NCBI GenBank assembly: GCA_965235115.1
Contig: OZ249440.1
Coordinates: 12,090,001 to 12,154,000 of the forward strand
From: Laetmonice hystrix
Taxonomy: Eukaryota
Direction of reading: 5' to 3'
Length of the DNA: 64,000 nt
Part shown: in pieces, positions 13,401-27,637 of the stretch
Numbering within the stretch: the first letter of the stretch is position 1
How the letters are laid out: each line of letters opens with the position of its first letter
Position numbers and translations under genes: made by a program
The notes under the pieces: model-generated
What the model was told of the DNA's origin: nothing
Databases searched by the model: none
What the model saw: the letters and a program-made list of their open reading frames with translations, nothing else

Positions 13401-14731
13401 AGTCCGTGCCAGGAACGCGTGCCCATCGGTAATTCTTAAAAAACTTACCCGCTTTACATGAACTGTATACATGGATTTTAACTTATATGAGTTTCGTAAA
13501 ATGGTCCATACGTATTACAGGGTGTCTCAGGAGCTACCCCTGGATAAGTCGATTCAGCAGTAGGCCTATGTGAGTTCAAAGCTGGGACCAAACTGCTGAA
13601 TCTATGGCATTACGTTTCACTTGACATTTAGGAAGCGCTTTTCTTACAGACGTTATCATGACTTGAAATTTGAAGTCTTACTTCCGAATTGAATACTCCC
13701 CGGGGACACTAACATACATGATTACCGGTACAGTATGGTTTTATATCAGTAGCATAAACACTAAACACATATAAATACGGAAAATAACACCAGAATTTAT
13801 TTCTAAAATTTCAAAGACTGGAATTAAAAAAAAATCGAATTTCGCGATGGTGCTACAGGGTGGAGGAGCCAGGGCTGTGCTCCTGGGGGTGAACATCCCC
13901 ACCCTCTATCACCCCCACCCCGACCCTCTCTGCCTCCATCCGCTTTGACAGGCTTCCTGCCAAACCTCTCCCCACCTGTCCCATCCCATGACCTGTCCCC
14001 AGCCGGCCACCTATTGCCATAGCAACCGTCTCCGAGGGACCTGGCCTCTGGCACCGAGGGCCAGTTTGTAGTCACCCCTCCCCACATCCTCGTGTCTACG
14101 CCAGGCTCAGTGAATGTGCTGTATAATGCGATTAGCAAAAGATATTTGCTACTCAGCCTCCGGCGCCCAACGAAAATAGCCAACACTAACGAAATCTATT
14201 TTGTCAGGAAGCACTTTTCATGCATGGATGCTCGATCACCATTTCAATGTCAACAAAGATCTATGCGATGTGAGGAGTTTCGAGGATACTTTACTGAATA
14301 TTTTACACCTTAGGTGCCTGATGGGATCTCAATTCAATATAGCTGCTCTTCAACAGCTGTTATAGGTGACAACAGCATATTTTTCCTGACATTTAGTGAA
14401 CAGCATGGTGTCTGATTCTTAACATTCTCTGTGTGAATTCTGAACCGGTGCATTCATTAACCTGCATAATGACATCATTGATAAGATTTCTAGGATACTT
14501 CCTGATCGCCTTCCCCGGCCAGGTGGGAGTGGGGTGCCACAGTCTGCCTCCAGGAGGTGAATGATCTGAGGATGGGAGAGCGCCCCCGGGGGCTGTCAGG
14601 GGTCATGGTGCCCCCTGGTTCCTCATCTCATCAGTGTCTGGTACTGGCAGACACTGTGACCGAGCCGCTAATATTCAGTTGGTAATCCGTTTCCGAACCA
14701 AAGATCATCTACCTTAACATTTCATTCCTAT

Positions 14732-15462
14732 GAGCGGACGTCATCGTGTCTAAAACCATTGTGGATGGTGGAGAAACACTTCCACCTGCCTGTGACCACT
14801 GTAACCAATGGCAACAGAACTATCTCACTGAGACAGACGTCATCGTGTCTAATGCCAACCATTGTGGATGGTGGAGAAACACTTCCGCCTCCCTGTGACC
14901 ACTGTAACCAATGACAACAAAACTTTCACTGAGACAGACGCCATCGTGTCTAATACCAACCATTGTGAATGGTGGAGAAACACTTCCACCTCCCTGTGAC
15001 CACTGTAACCAATGGCAACAGAACTATCTCACTGAGACAGACGTCATCGTGTCTAATGCCAACCATTGTGGATGGTGGAGAAACACTTCCACCTCCCTGT
15101 GACCACTGTAACCAATGGCAACAAAACTGTTTCACTGAGACAGACGCCATCGTGTCTAATGCCAACCGTTGCGAATGGTGGAGAAACACTTCCACCTCCC
15201 TGTGATCACTGTAACCAATGGTAACAAAACTGTTTCACTGAGACAGACGTCATCGTGTCTAATGCCAACCATTGTGGATGGTGGAGAAACACTTCCACCT
15301 CCCTGTGACCACTGTAACCAATGACAACAAAACTGTCTCACTGAGACAGACGCCATCGTGTCTAATACCAACCATTGTGAATGGTGGAGAAACACTTCCA
15401 CCTCCCTGTGACCACTGTAACCAAATACAACAAAACTGTCTCACTGAGACAGACGTCATCGT
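14732..15462. repeat. Minisatellite, 103-bp unit x~7
   Basis: gagacagacg recurs at 14830, 14931, 15034, 15137, 15240, 15343 and 15446. Confidence 0.97.
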
Positions 15463-18400
15463 TCACCAGTAACAACCATAGCCACTGATCATCTTTAGTG
15501 TCACTGTGTTACCAATGACAACCACAGCTGGTGACCGAAAAACAGACGTGTACTTCTACATTTTCCATGTTACCAATGGCAACCAGAGTGCCTGACGGGG
15601 CCGAGACGCGCTAAGAGTATTTCCACGGGAGAAACTTTCCATCAGAGAATTCGCAAGTTTGTGCAACCATGACACATTGTTTTTATCCCCTTCTCCCCTC
15701 TTCCTATTTTCTCCGTACCCGGGCACTAACCAGGCAGGAGAGACTCTCGAGTAATCTGTGGGAGCCAAGACTACCAATTGTGGATGGTCGTGGTCCTTCA
15801 GCGCCCACTGCCAGTGGTTCAAGATTCCAGCTACAACCGAACGCTGATCAATAGACCAATCAGATTGGTGGTCACTCATTACGACGACGTAGCCGAACCC
15901 GCAGCCACCGGCCTAGCTCATGGACGCCAATCACTCCCAGTATCCAAGGAAACTAAAGGCGGCCAAAAGTCGATAATACACATTGTGGTATTCAATGTAA
16001 CATTTCGAGGGGCAGGTGCACCTTATGACTAAATGTATCCCAATCCTCGGTCTCTGCTACCGCCACTGCCTCTAATCTAACCGTAACTATCACTATACAT
16101 GTATTTAAGCACACAAAGTCTATGATCTATCTTAGGGTCCTTCAGGTCAGATAATGGCTTCATTGGTTTAATCAACATACGTCATGTCTGTACAACCAAG
16201 GCCTAACATTGCGAGCACTCTCAATATCTCTTCCTTTCACTGTTATTCAACCCTGCAGAAGTAGGCCAAGGGTCATTGGCAGGCATCCATATCCTGGCTG
16301 ACCATATACCAGCACCACCACCTCCGCTATACCGTCACTACCACCACCTCACGCACCGCCGCCATCACAACTAGTCAAAGCCACTAGGAGCTACCACCTC
16401 CTTAGATCGGACCCACCACAGTACTGAACAGACCAGAGTTCTGAAAAGATCTTAATTCTGGGCGCGGGGTGGATGTGGGCGACATGACTTGCTGCTACTC
16501 TTTATTCAAATTATGTCTTTTCACTTTGGTCGATTACCTGGAAGTATTTTGTAGCCGACTACTGGAGGTAATCCTGCCTATGTGACCTAACATTCCAATA
16601 CCAACCACCAACTGAGGAGGAATGCAAATCTTGTAATAGTCACTCAGCAGGGAAACATACTTTTACCCTTAGCCTGTCAAATTGGTTTTGCTGACAAAAT
16701 GTCTGTTTGGCCCAGATAAACAAGTTACTCGAATGGATATCTGTGGTTACTCTTAATATCATAAAACGGAAACGACTCCAGGAGCTATGATAAAATACCG
16801 CCACATAATTCCTTGAAAACCTTTTTTAATTTATTAACATAAATATCATCATGACTGTCCTTGATAGAAGATAGTCATGCAAGTGTCAACATTCGGGTTC
16901 TGACATGATACTGTATTGTCGTCCTTCTACCTGGAACATCTGGAACGAACGACGGTTAGATCTGGTTCCAGTATCCTGAATGATTAGATAAATGGCTCCC
17001 GGCGGTGCCCTCCGAGTCACTAATTAACACAAAGGTTAGCTAGCCGTATCTCCTCCTCCTCCTCCTCCTGCAGGTCTGCCAACTCGCCCATTTCTTTGTG
17101 CCGTTACATATGACCGGTTTTATGACCGGCGGCCCACAGCGTGTCACATGACGGTCTGCGGGCCCAGTTTCTAGACACGTCAACACTGGGTCCACACACG
17201 TAGCAACAAGTTCACCTACAGTCGGCCTGCTCAATCTAGTCGGATTATAACATCATATAGTGTTCCTGGTAAACCTCCCCTCCCTCCGCCTCCCCCAGGC
17301 CATTGACCTAGTTTTGTGGCACATATAATTACTAGCCTCGTAATGTAGGTCTGGGTGAACGCCAGGTTAAATGCCTAAGGTTTGAGACATACGGTCAGTA
17401 TTGTCCTCATTAGATATTCCCACTTATTCACTGCACGTAAAAGAGGTCATCATTTAGGTTTTTTCCAAGTTTCAAGATTTCAGTGTTGGTTAAGGAGCAT
17501 TTCGGTATTCAATGCAAAAGTATGCAACAATAAAATTTATTTGAACCACATTATTACACAGCCCTGATTATTCTGAAGAACATACATTTTAATTTATTTG
17601 ATCCCACTGCACACCCAACTCATGGCACCTCACTGCCCTCTCACCAACCACCAGAAGTGCGTGTGCTCAGCCAGACATTTGTACATCACGTTTGCATACT
17701 TACACAACCACTCAAGAGAAACGATGTCACCATATGTCACAGCACACAATGCAGCAAGCGCTATACGCTAGACGACCCCGACATTCTTGGCAGCAACCCT
17801 CGCCCCACCACACGTTTTTTCTGCGGTTTATTTTTGCTGGCAGCATGACAGAAAAGAATGGTGGATCGACCTATAGGATAACTTGCTTGCCGTCTGCGAC
17901 CCGCCTGGCGCCGAATATCCCGAGGGCCATGGATCATTCAGTTAGACCTGAGACAAAGCCTGTCAATAGAGCACATCTACCTGGCGTGTTTATACGGTGG
18001 ATGTCGCCATGACACGCGCCCCATCAGGACCGGCACGCAGCGGTTCGGTATCCACACACACACACAACATACAACCCTGGGCAAAGACACAGTCTTCTTC
18101 TCCACTTACGGAAGATGAAATTCGTCATACTCGATACTGGGCAGTGATACGAATGGTAACCCTGACAGGAAATAAATATCAATAATCATGGTCATTAAAA
18201 ATATCTATTCTTTTTTACTTTGTTTCCGCACTTTCTTTTCTCTTCGCTAACACTGGATAGTGCAGTGACCTTTTGAAGGTGCTTGGAATCACGCTCAGCT
18301 ATCGCACTTAATTCTCGACGAGCAAAACTTGAAACTGGTGGTTTTTATTTTCCTCTTTGATGTGTATACGGTACCTGAGATGGAGTGTACCTGACGTACG

Positions 18401-20370
18401 TGTTAGTTCCACGGACGGTGGAGGAGAAATCAATGGGGACACTACGCACAACCCATGGAGACCCTCCCCCCACACACCCCACCCCCACCATCCTTTATGG
18501 CTTACCCCTGTACAATGTGGCCACCCTCCATTCCTGTCTCCCCCAGTGCTTTACCCTGTCTGCTGGTCCCGGTTCATGACGCTGTCTCTCACTGTGAGAC
18601 CCTCACGTACCTCCCCAAGCACCTCCACCACTTTCACCACCCTGTAGCCTTGATTATTTTATCTTAGGAATTCTGGCAGAAAAGAAACTACAAAGAAGCC
18701 AACCAGGAGCTCTTTGGACCTCCCGTTACAAATCATCCCTGGCTACGACCTCCTCTAGTTTACGACCGATGATCTTAATCTGAGACCTCAACTTTTTCTG
18801 ATAGTGCAAAATATTTCTTGATCGGTCGCGGCCGTTCACTGTGAAAGCTGGCTGACACAATTTGGGTGAAAAGTCATAATTTAGACATTCCTTCCTTTAA
18901 GAGTTTATACGTCACCCCAAAGAACATATTTCTTGCCCAAGCTTATCTGGTTTAGAAAAAACACGAGTTTTACATCAGTTCCTTGGGACACTATAATTAC
19001 AACATCAAAGGGGCAGCCGCCCCCAAAGACAAATGGTTTATCTGGTAACCGACTCGGAAACCGAATAAGTTACCCCCACACAGAATAACATAGTGTAATC
19101 ATATATGATGGGCACTTGGGCGACTGTTATAATACCTCCGCTATAAAACTAAAACCTTTGCCCAGGCAGTGCCGCTGGCAAACATTATAAGTGGGCCAGG
19201 CTGGGCAATCGAAGTTACCGGCACCAACCACCAAGGCAAAATTTGAAAAAAGGCAAATTTGGCAAGCTGGCCCCAGGCATGCCCCCACTTTTCAGCTGTG
19301 ATGCCGGCTAGATAGCTGCCGCCAATTTATGTACGCAGCAGACCCTGGGAAAATGACCTTTAGCGGGCACAACTGACTCGATCCCCTATAAATTGACGTT
19401 CTTACTATCTTTTTCCTCATATAATTCCCTTATTTTGTACATTCCAACTATTACTGACAACATGGACAACGTTTTCAAAATCCTGCTGTGGTCTTCTTGT
19501 GACCAACAGGTCTGCCCCACTCATAAACTGAACTCATTCCGAAAGGCAGCGGCCATAAAGGACTGTAACAGTTGACAGTAAAGGTAAAGGAATTCGGGTC
19601 ACCTCTTCTCCCTGGAGCTAACTCTCGCCCTCCCACCCCCTTTGACTTCAGTTCATGGCTGTCTAAACCCAGCTTTTCAAACAATCATTTCTCGTTCAGT
19701 CCTGTGGATATGGGGGGGGGGGGGGGTTGTTTCAGCATACCTTCATCAAAAACTGATGTTGAAAGACCTCAAAACCTGATGTGCGAGAGTATTAACAACC
19801 CATGCAAATGATCCATTTACCATTCAAAAGCTTCCAACATAAACAGGCTTCTTATTGTTTAATTAGAGAAAGTACGGAGTGGCAGATTTGGACCTTTTTT
19901 CCTTCTTATTTGTAATAGAAATGGGCATCCTCGAATAAGAAGTAAATTTCAAAATCACACATGTAATGAACGTTCTAGGAAAAACTGCTATACACCAAAC
20001 AACATCACAAATCGTTAATCATTGCTAACTCTATCACTGGACTACAACCTATAGAACAATCCTTGAACGTTAGGCCATTAACTTTTGTACAATGCGGTGA
20101 ATGGGAAGCCAAGCAAAATGTAAATTGGCCAAAGACACTAGCAATTTTTACAAAAATTGTTTGCCCAATATCTGTGGACACCAGACACGGTAATTCTCTT
20201 GCCTGATTGAATTATGCGCGACGGGCCAGGGTTCAGCGACGGCACAACGCCACTAATATGATCGGCCCAGTATTCCGAGATGACATCAGGGGGGCTGGCC
20301 GAGTCGCCAAATTAAATGAGTTACAGGGTACACTGTCTGAATTAATGGGTAAAGTAGAGCAGGTACTGAC

Positions 20371-20502
20371 CTCAGTGCGTTGCTGCAGCCGCTTGTTGAG
20401 CTCGTAGATCCGGTAGTCTGGCTGACCCATGTATGGGGTATGGCGCCTGTAAAATTGGGAGAAAGGGGACGAATAGAAGGGGTCGGCATTCATGTTGACC
20501 AT
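20371..20502 (-). CDS. LDB1/2: LDB short-isoform first coding exon (MVNMNADPFYSSPFSQFYRRHTPYMGQPDYRIYELNKRLQQRTE); also contains an internal acceptor giving exon 20371-20446
   Basis: Matches the LDB2 N-terminus (MSSTPHDPFYSSPFGPFYRRHTPYMVQPEYRIYEMNKRLQSRTE). Donor GTCAGT at 20370-20365 is phase 0 and joins GAA at 1059 in frame. The start may be the ATG at 20502 or at 20493. Confidence 0.95.
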
Positions 20503-21780
20503 TTATACAGTTGGCAGGTTAGGCATACAATGGCAGAACAGGGCAACCAGCGACGATTGGGTCCAGGGGGGTGCCTTCCTTCACCAAGCAGTGGGAGGAA
20601 CTCGTGTGATAACCCCTCAGTGAGATACGGAGAGTGCAGTCCCGCTAGAGAGGGTAGAATCTGGGACAGAAATGAATGTAGGTCCACGCGAGTTGACTGC
20701 CGCCGCCGCTGGGGGTGGGGTGAGTGAGGGTGGTTGAGTTCCTCCTCCTCCAGCTGACGGCGCCGAGTTCTCCAGGCAGCACGAGCCCCCTGGGTCCGTG
20801 CGGTCGGGGGCGGGGCTGACTCCCCAACACTGGCCGGCCCTTCCTCGACAGGGTCCCGCGAGGCCTGCCGACTGCACGCCTGGGTCTCGCACCGCTGGAG
20901 GGGGTGTGTTCTACTGCGAGCGCCTCAGTTTGGACGGACGATCACCTTCACTGGATCACTGCTCCGTAGTCTGCTACACCATCCTCCCTTACTGGAGGAT
21001 GGTGGTCGGTGCTGACAGCCCTTGTTGGCTGGTACCTGGAGAAACTCCTGCCTCCTGCCTCTAACTCTCCTAGCTCACTCTTCTCAAAGTCCTGCTACAG
21101 CGGCTGCTACAGTGTCCAGAGAGACCTGTACTAGCTGTGATACTATGCTTACTGTTGATGACAATGACACAATCCCGCAGGTTATGTGTATGTCTATGAG
21201 AGGCAGACGGCTCTGTCTGTATGTGTATCTATGAATGTGTATGATGTGTAACCAGGCTTTGCACCAGTGGCTCCCCTCCGTGTCAATGATAGACTCGCCG
21301 GTCCAATGTCTCTATGTACAGGATCAGCCCGGGCTGGCTGGCCGTCGGCCCGTGTTGACCGTCAGGATCTAAGTGACAGATCCACAGCCTGTATGGCCCA
21401 CCTGACCACACTCTCTCACTGTCGCACCCTTGCGGAGCTTTCAGAAACAAGCCTGGACCAAGAGTCCTGCCCCCACTCTCACAGCCTCTGCCTGCCCAGT
21501 CCGCCTGTTTCTAACAGACTAGCTATTACCTTAGCGGCAGCCAAACAACAGCCAGGCTGGCCTGCTATCACGGCTCTGGCAAGCTTGGCCCCGATATTTA
21601 TGTCATCTCGACCGGGCGCGGGTAGGCAGGCAGGCAGGCAGGCAGGCAGGCTGCGGCAGGCAGTAGCAGGCGGGCGGTGGCGGGCTGACAGGCAGGCAGG
21701 CCGCTGCTTGCGTTCGCTCTCCCACTGAACCACGCTCAGACTCGCCTGGCGACACGAGCGCCATCTGGCGGTTGTCTATA
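20503..21780 (-). promoter_or_regulatory. GC/CpG-rich island upstream of the LDB short-isoform ATG (putative internal promoter and 5' UTR)
   Basis: CpG-rich segment with a GC-box (ggggcggggc, ~20806-20815), an (AGGC)n tract and a CTCF-like site at 21758-21771, directly 5' of the LDB2-like start. Confidence 0.55.
21624..21701. repeat. (AGGC)n microsatellite
   Basis: Seen directly; pure over ~21624-21651 and degenerate afterwards. Confidence 0.9.
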
Positions 21781-24700
21781 ACCACCTTACTGAAGTCTTC
21801 AGCGCTTCACTGGCAAAAACACAGCACAGCATAATGTGATTACACAACAGTGGCTTTCTGCTCAACAGAGACGACAACAACCTCCCAAGTTTGCCAGGAA
21901 AAATAATCGTAAGCAATTTATTCAAGCAACGAAGACTATTCACATCCAAGATTATTGTAAAATATCTTTTTAAATGTCAGCATCCAGCAGCCACTGAGAG
22001 ACAGCACAATCAAAAACTATTTCTGCCTGTTATTACTCATAAATAAACTGCGTGAAACTATTCTTCTGAGATGTCACTCTCAATAGTTCTATTCCCAAGA
22101 GAGCTTCACACCTCGAAACTGACTGAGTCTCATAGTTAGAGATTCCTATGTCAGTTTTCTCCTACTTTGACAACACAATCTTTTGTAGGCCATTCATTGC
22201 ATAATGAATAATCTATCTAGCCAAACTGCAAGTTATCTGCATGCTGATTTTTTGACATATCCTATACTACAATACTATAGTATGGTCATGATCATTGTTT
22301 TGTTTAAAGGTATAAGTAATAGGTTTAGTTACCATGGGTCAGTTACCTAAGGAGACTAAGAAAGATATTTCCGACACTGGACTGATAAATGCCAACACAT
22401 TGAACGATATTTCTGTCGGGTCTTACAAGTTGAATTTGATCTTTTCAGAAAAGTAAGTGTCACAAAGAAATTGCAACTGGCGGAACAAAAGATTCCTTCC
22501 ACTGGCTGCTTTTTGTCTTTGTGTCAAGAATTTTGCTAAGTGGACTGGAGCACGAGGAACTGCTCTCCTGCAGGGCAGGCGACTCCTCCTGGATAAAGGA
22601 ATGTGACGAGAGAAGCAGGCAATGCGAGGAGTGAGCAGGGGACCAGTCAGGCCATGGTGGACTCCTGGCTGACTATACTACCGACTGCCGGCTAACTCCA
22701 CTTCCAGGGAACCATCTCTCCTATTGATTTAGCAGTTTCACTTATTCATGTGCCACCGAAGCCACTCTCTGGTCAACGACGACAACCAGCTACAACGACG
22801 CTCCCCCTCGACATGGCTGATCAATACCGTCACGTGACCAAATTTTCAACTTTCCTCACAACCTTCCAAATTTACAGGGTGGCTGGTAGGGCTGGAGGAT
22901 CAGTGCGACTGGTCGAAATAAACCGCCACACCCACTGACCCCTCGTCATAGCGCACCCGAAACCTGCGGGCGGTTTTTATGTATAATGGCACTGCGAATA
23001 TAAGTTGTCGGTGAAAGTTTTGTGCGGGCCCGGTGATTATTCACAATGTAGGATGCAGGGACGGGGGCTGGCCGGCTGGTGGTGCGCCGCCCGCCGCCTA
23101 ACGACGCCGCCCGGGGTCAACCCCACGACGGGTGGTTCAGCCACCGCCGCATCCACACACGGGCCACGCCAGCCTCTATATTTCAACTTTCATTATCATT
23201 CATGGCGGAAAAAAATCTATTATACAGAAGGCTTTCTTAGATCGGCCACAAACAACACTCCTAGGTTAAATATATGTGTGCTAGAACAAAAAGGAAAATT
23301 AAACAGTTGTTTACTATTATAATTCGCGGCCCTACTTTAATTTGAATGGCATAAAATACAGGTGAGTACGAAGGGCTCAAGTCGCTCTTCGGATACCGTG
23401 CTCTTCCAATCATGTAGGTTATCTATAATCTTCAAGTACCTGCATGCTTGCCAAGTGGCACCAGCAGTGATCGGCCTTAGTCAACACGCCCCCCCCCCCC
23501 ATTTCAACAACGATCTACAATGATCGTCAATGCTGGCCAGATCTCAATAATAACTAACTCTACACAAGAAAACATGTTAAACAAGTCACCTGCCTTAAAG
23601 ATTGAATTAATTCTCACCACCAATAATAGGAAAAATGAGGAACTGCTGCCGAGGAGGCTGTTGATGAATAATTCAAAATCATAAAAACGTTTTAATCTCC
23701 AGTTATTTAATTCCGTTCATCAGGAATGATTTGAATTCATTTGCATTTTGTCCCGATTCCCGACCGAAATATTTTCTGGTAATATCTGGCAGTAGAAAAG
23801 AATGCAGAACATTCCTCTCTACGGTCTGATCCCTTCTTTAATCTTTACTTTTATCCAAATTTTGTACATTTCCAAATCGTACATACTTCTCTTTACTGAA
23901 ACCGTTCGAACTTAAAAAAACTAGTCCCCATGTGAGCCACATCTCCATAAAAAACAAACCGTTATCTTGACGATAGGTAAACCTAATTACAGTGCTGCAG
24001 CCGGCGAGTGACATAGAGAACCCTGCCTGTATGTCTCTGTGTGGGGAACCCTGTGTCGGTAGTGGCCAGACTTTGACAAGGCTGCCCCGCTGGTCTCTCT
24101 CACATACATCATGTGGTAGAGCGAGAGGAGGACCGGCCATCAATACGACCCAAGTCCACCCACAATGTACGCGACCACCACCACCACTACCCAGACTCCT
24201 TCAATAAACCACCCAAACAGCTCTCCAAGCCTTTACCTTTCACAACTTTATATGCAACCAAATATCAAATACGTAGTATTGACATTTCTACGTGTCTGAA
24301 TTTCGTAGCTGCATTGGATTTCACTCTTTTTCAATTTTTGTTTTATAAGCCATATGTTAGCACACTGAAGTACTGCCGTACAGTATGGTTGCTTTGACAG
24401 GGTTTTGAATATAATCATGAAAGTGTAACAAGAATCGGAACTCCCTCACGTTACCGATGATTCTGTCTGCCTCACAAAACTCGGCCCACGTACCGGTAAT
24501 CAGACAATATTTAATTACCGCGCTACGCCTTCCTGTCAGTTGCAGCACACTTCCTGTTGGAATTCACAGTTCAAAACGTGTGTGAATTGTTTGGTTTGTG
24601 AATCCCCTGGCGACGAAATATTTAGGCGTCTGGAGAGTCGCCGAATCCAGGCTTTATCCGGGGAATTTATGAGCTGTGCAACGGAAAACATCTTTAGTTG

Positions 24701-25338
24701 TAAAAAGAACAAATTTAACTTCCGTAAAGATTTTTCCATTCACAAGTCTGAACTTTCTCAATGAAAAAGTGAAACTTTGAGAGGGAAACGCTTCTGAAAA
24801 CTGTTTTGTCAATGTTCAATGCCGAAACTGCGTCTGTGATGCCGGGAATGCCGCGACAGTTAATCTATGCTCCATACTGCATTTTCACTGTTGCAAATAT
24901 TACAAGCTGATGGGAAAGGTGAATGGGGAAACTTTTTGAGCATAATCATTCCATTCCTGCAAACCTGATTGAAATCAGGTGGGTGATTTAAAATGTTTCC
25001 ATGGAAACACTATTTAAAACCAACTAGAGAAGGAAGATGCTTCACTGATGCAAGAAGCCACTTGCAATGGGGAACAATATTGTACTGCAGTGGCAAAAAC
25101 CTGAAACAATGGGGGTGTGCTCATTATCGTTAACTATGTTCATTATGATAAATACGGTAGCCTTTATTTCAGACTGGCATGCATGTTCTACGTTGGTTGG
25201 CGTGGCAACGGGTGGGCTGCAGTGCCTGGTGACACTGAAGGGGGGAGGGGAGGCTGGGGGTGGCCATGGAAATATAAGGACGGGTCAGGCTCACAATCTG
25301 CAGCCAGCTTCATCACGTTGCCATGGGAACGTATGGGA

Positions 25339-25376
25339 TGGTGGTGGTGGTGGTGGTGGTTGGGGGTGGTGGTGGT
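25339..25376. repeat. (GGT)n microsatellite
   Basis: Seen directly. Confidence 0.9.
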
Positions 25377-27637
25377 TGAGGGGGTCTGGCGGGGTCTACC
25401 TACCCAGCAATCAATAACCACATTTGTGGGAAGTGCGGAACAGTTGGGATGGGGGGCGGGGGGGGGGGGGTTGAGAGACGCAGGGAATGGGGGACCTAGA
25501 GATAGCAAACTGGACAGACTGACAGACAGAGGTAGACAGACCCCCACCCAGATTCACCTAAACAAACCAATTTCATGAAAGTATTATGCTACTGTCTACA
25601 TTCATAGATACTTGTGGAAGAATGGGCAGGCGCCACAGGTGTCCGCTCCCCGTGTAGAACTTTACTGGATCTTTAACCATTCCTACCCTCGGAATCACAT
25701 TCATAACACAGAAAGTATCACACCCACTTCGAAACATAATGATTTGGATGCTAGAGAACTATGATTACCGGCGGCAATGGAAACTACGCTCGGATCAAAT
25801 CTGACCTCGGTATGGTGTGTTAAATCATAATCATTCACAACGATCTACTCGAGATTTCAAACATAAACAATATGAGCTCCGTTTGTAGCGTTCCGAGTCG
25901 TACATTACTTGTGATACCTTGGGAGATTCCTGCTGAGCGAATGGTCGAGAATTAACCCAAAACATATTCCTCTCATGGTCATTAAGTACTCGCAAACAGT
26001 CTTCCTTTTTTTATCATTTTTGATTGAAAGATGTTACAGCAGCCCAATCCGACTGAGAGAAATGGCAGGTTTCATACTCATATTACAGACATTATACCTG
26101 GATAGAGAACATAGACTTACTTTCGTCTATGAAAATAAGATCCATTGTAATAATCGATCAATACTCTCATTCAAAACGAACTACGGCAAAATATTTCATT
26201 ACCAGGGCATGAAACTTCAGTAAACGTCAGTGAGAAATTAGGAAGCAATGAAGGGTGGGGTGGAGGCTGGGGTGGGTGATATAGGATGGAGACTGTCAAT
26301 AGGGTGATGAGTGGGGGTCGGGGGTCGTATGAACGATGTCTGTGTACGGTATATTGGCCAGTCTCAATCATGACACCCAATGTGGGTGCATGTAGTGGTG
26401 GGTTACGCCGCAGCAACAGCCAGGGTCATATTGAGGTCAGGGTGACCTGTGGAGGAAAGAGGAGTACCCGATGGAGACCAGACACCTGTAGCAAGTGACG
26501 TATACGTTCTCTCATCACATGCTTTGGTCCTGTGCTTTTTCTTATCCACAAATAAAACAATAATACTTCAACTTCAAATTGAAGACTGGAATGGAATAGA
26601 AGATTCGAATGTCGACTTCTGACATTTAGAGTCGTCAACATCATTCACTCATCAACCACTGGTTACTATATAGCCTGACACCTGTCTCGCCCTCTCCCAT
26701 GGCAACCATTGCCATGGTTACTGCAAGAAACTAGATCTATCTTATTGCTGACCGTTAATACTAAGAAGTACCGGTACATAAAGGGAATCTGTCTAGTTTG
26801 CAGAAAATATAAACACTAAACAGTAGCATACAAATCCTGTACAGTCCCGTTTCTACACAAACCTAGTCCTAGATACAGACTATCTTATTTTTGTACCAAA
26901 ATAATAACAGGACAGGTCGCATTTCATTTCGACTCAGACTTTTGCCCGCGTGTTCCTGAACGATTTTGGTTGTGTTTTATACTTCAGGTAGGCAGACTGA
27001 CTGCTGCCTCGGCTGGGCAGACTGATTGTCAGCGAGACTACCGCCTCAGGTGGGCCGACTTTCAGGTAGACTGCTGCTGCCTTGCGACACCCGCTGTCAT
27101 TTCTGACGCCAACGTCTAAATACTCCCCTACTATTCTAGATCAGGCAGACAGAAACTGTATTGGACACTGTGAAATCAAATGCACCTAGGGGAAGTGGGT
27201 AGTCTTCCAGGTTGAGAGATGTCATTTAAAAACCTACCAGTATGAAAACCCTACTTGCTGATGTACTGTCACTTCTATTTATGTAAAATGTATATCTTTC
27301 TCTGATAAAGTTGTAAATTTTAATTTTTCTCCGATAAGGTAGTTTATATATTATTTTTGCGTAAACTACTGCACCTTTAAAGCGTTATAAAACTGAGAGA
27401 AACTGGTAGAATTGTTGTTTATTCATTGTATTAAATTAAACTAATCGTGCTCTATTTCCCCTTATCTAGACGGGTTATGTTAACAGCACTAATTTACTAC
27501 GTAACGGGAGTAAAGGGTAGATTCTCAATCTGGGGATTATTTAGATGGATACTGCAGGCCTGTCTGAGGTTGAATGTTCTGGGTGAACCGCCTACTTGGG
27601 ACCAGGCCAGATTTTCAGGCTCGCAAATGATGCTCTA

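Noticed and set aside
14911-15472. Several short ORFs with CxxC-like PCDHC motifs
   Set aside because: They are translations of the 103-bp minisatellite, and the frame shifts with every unit.
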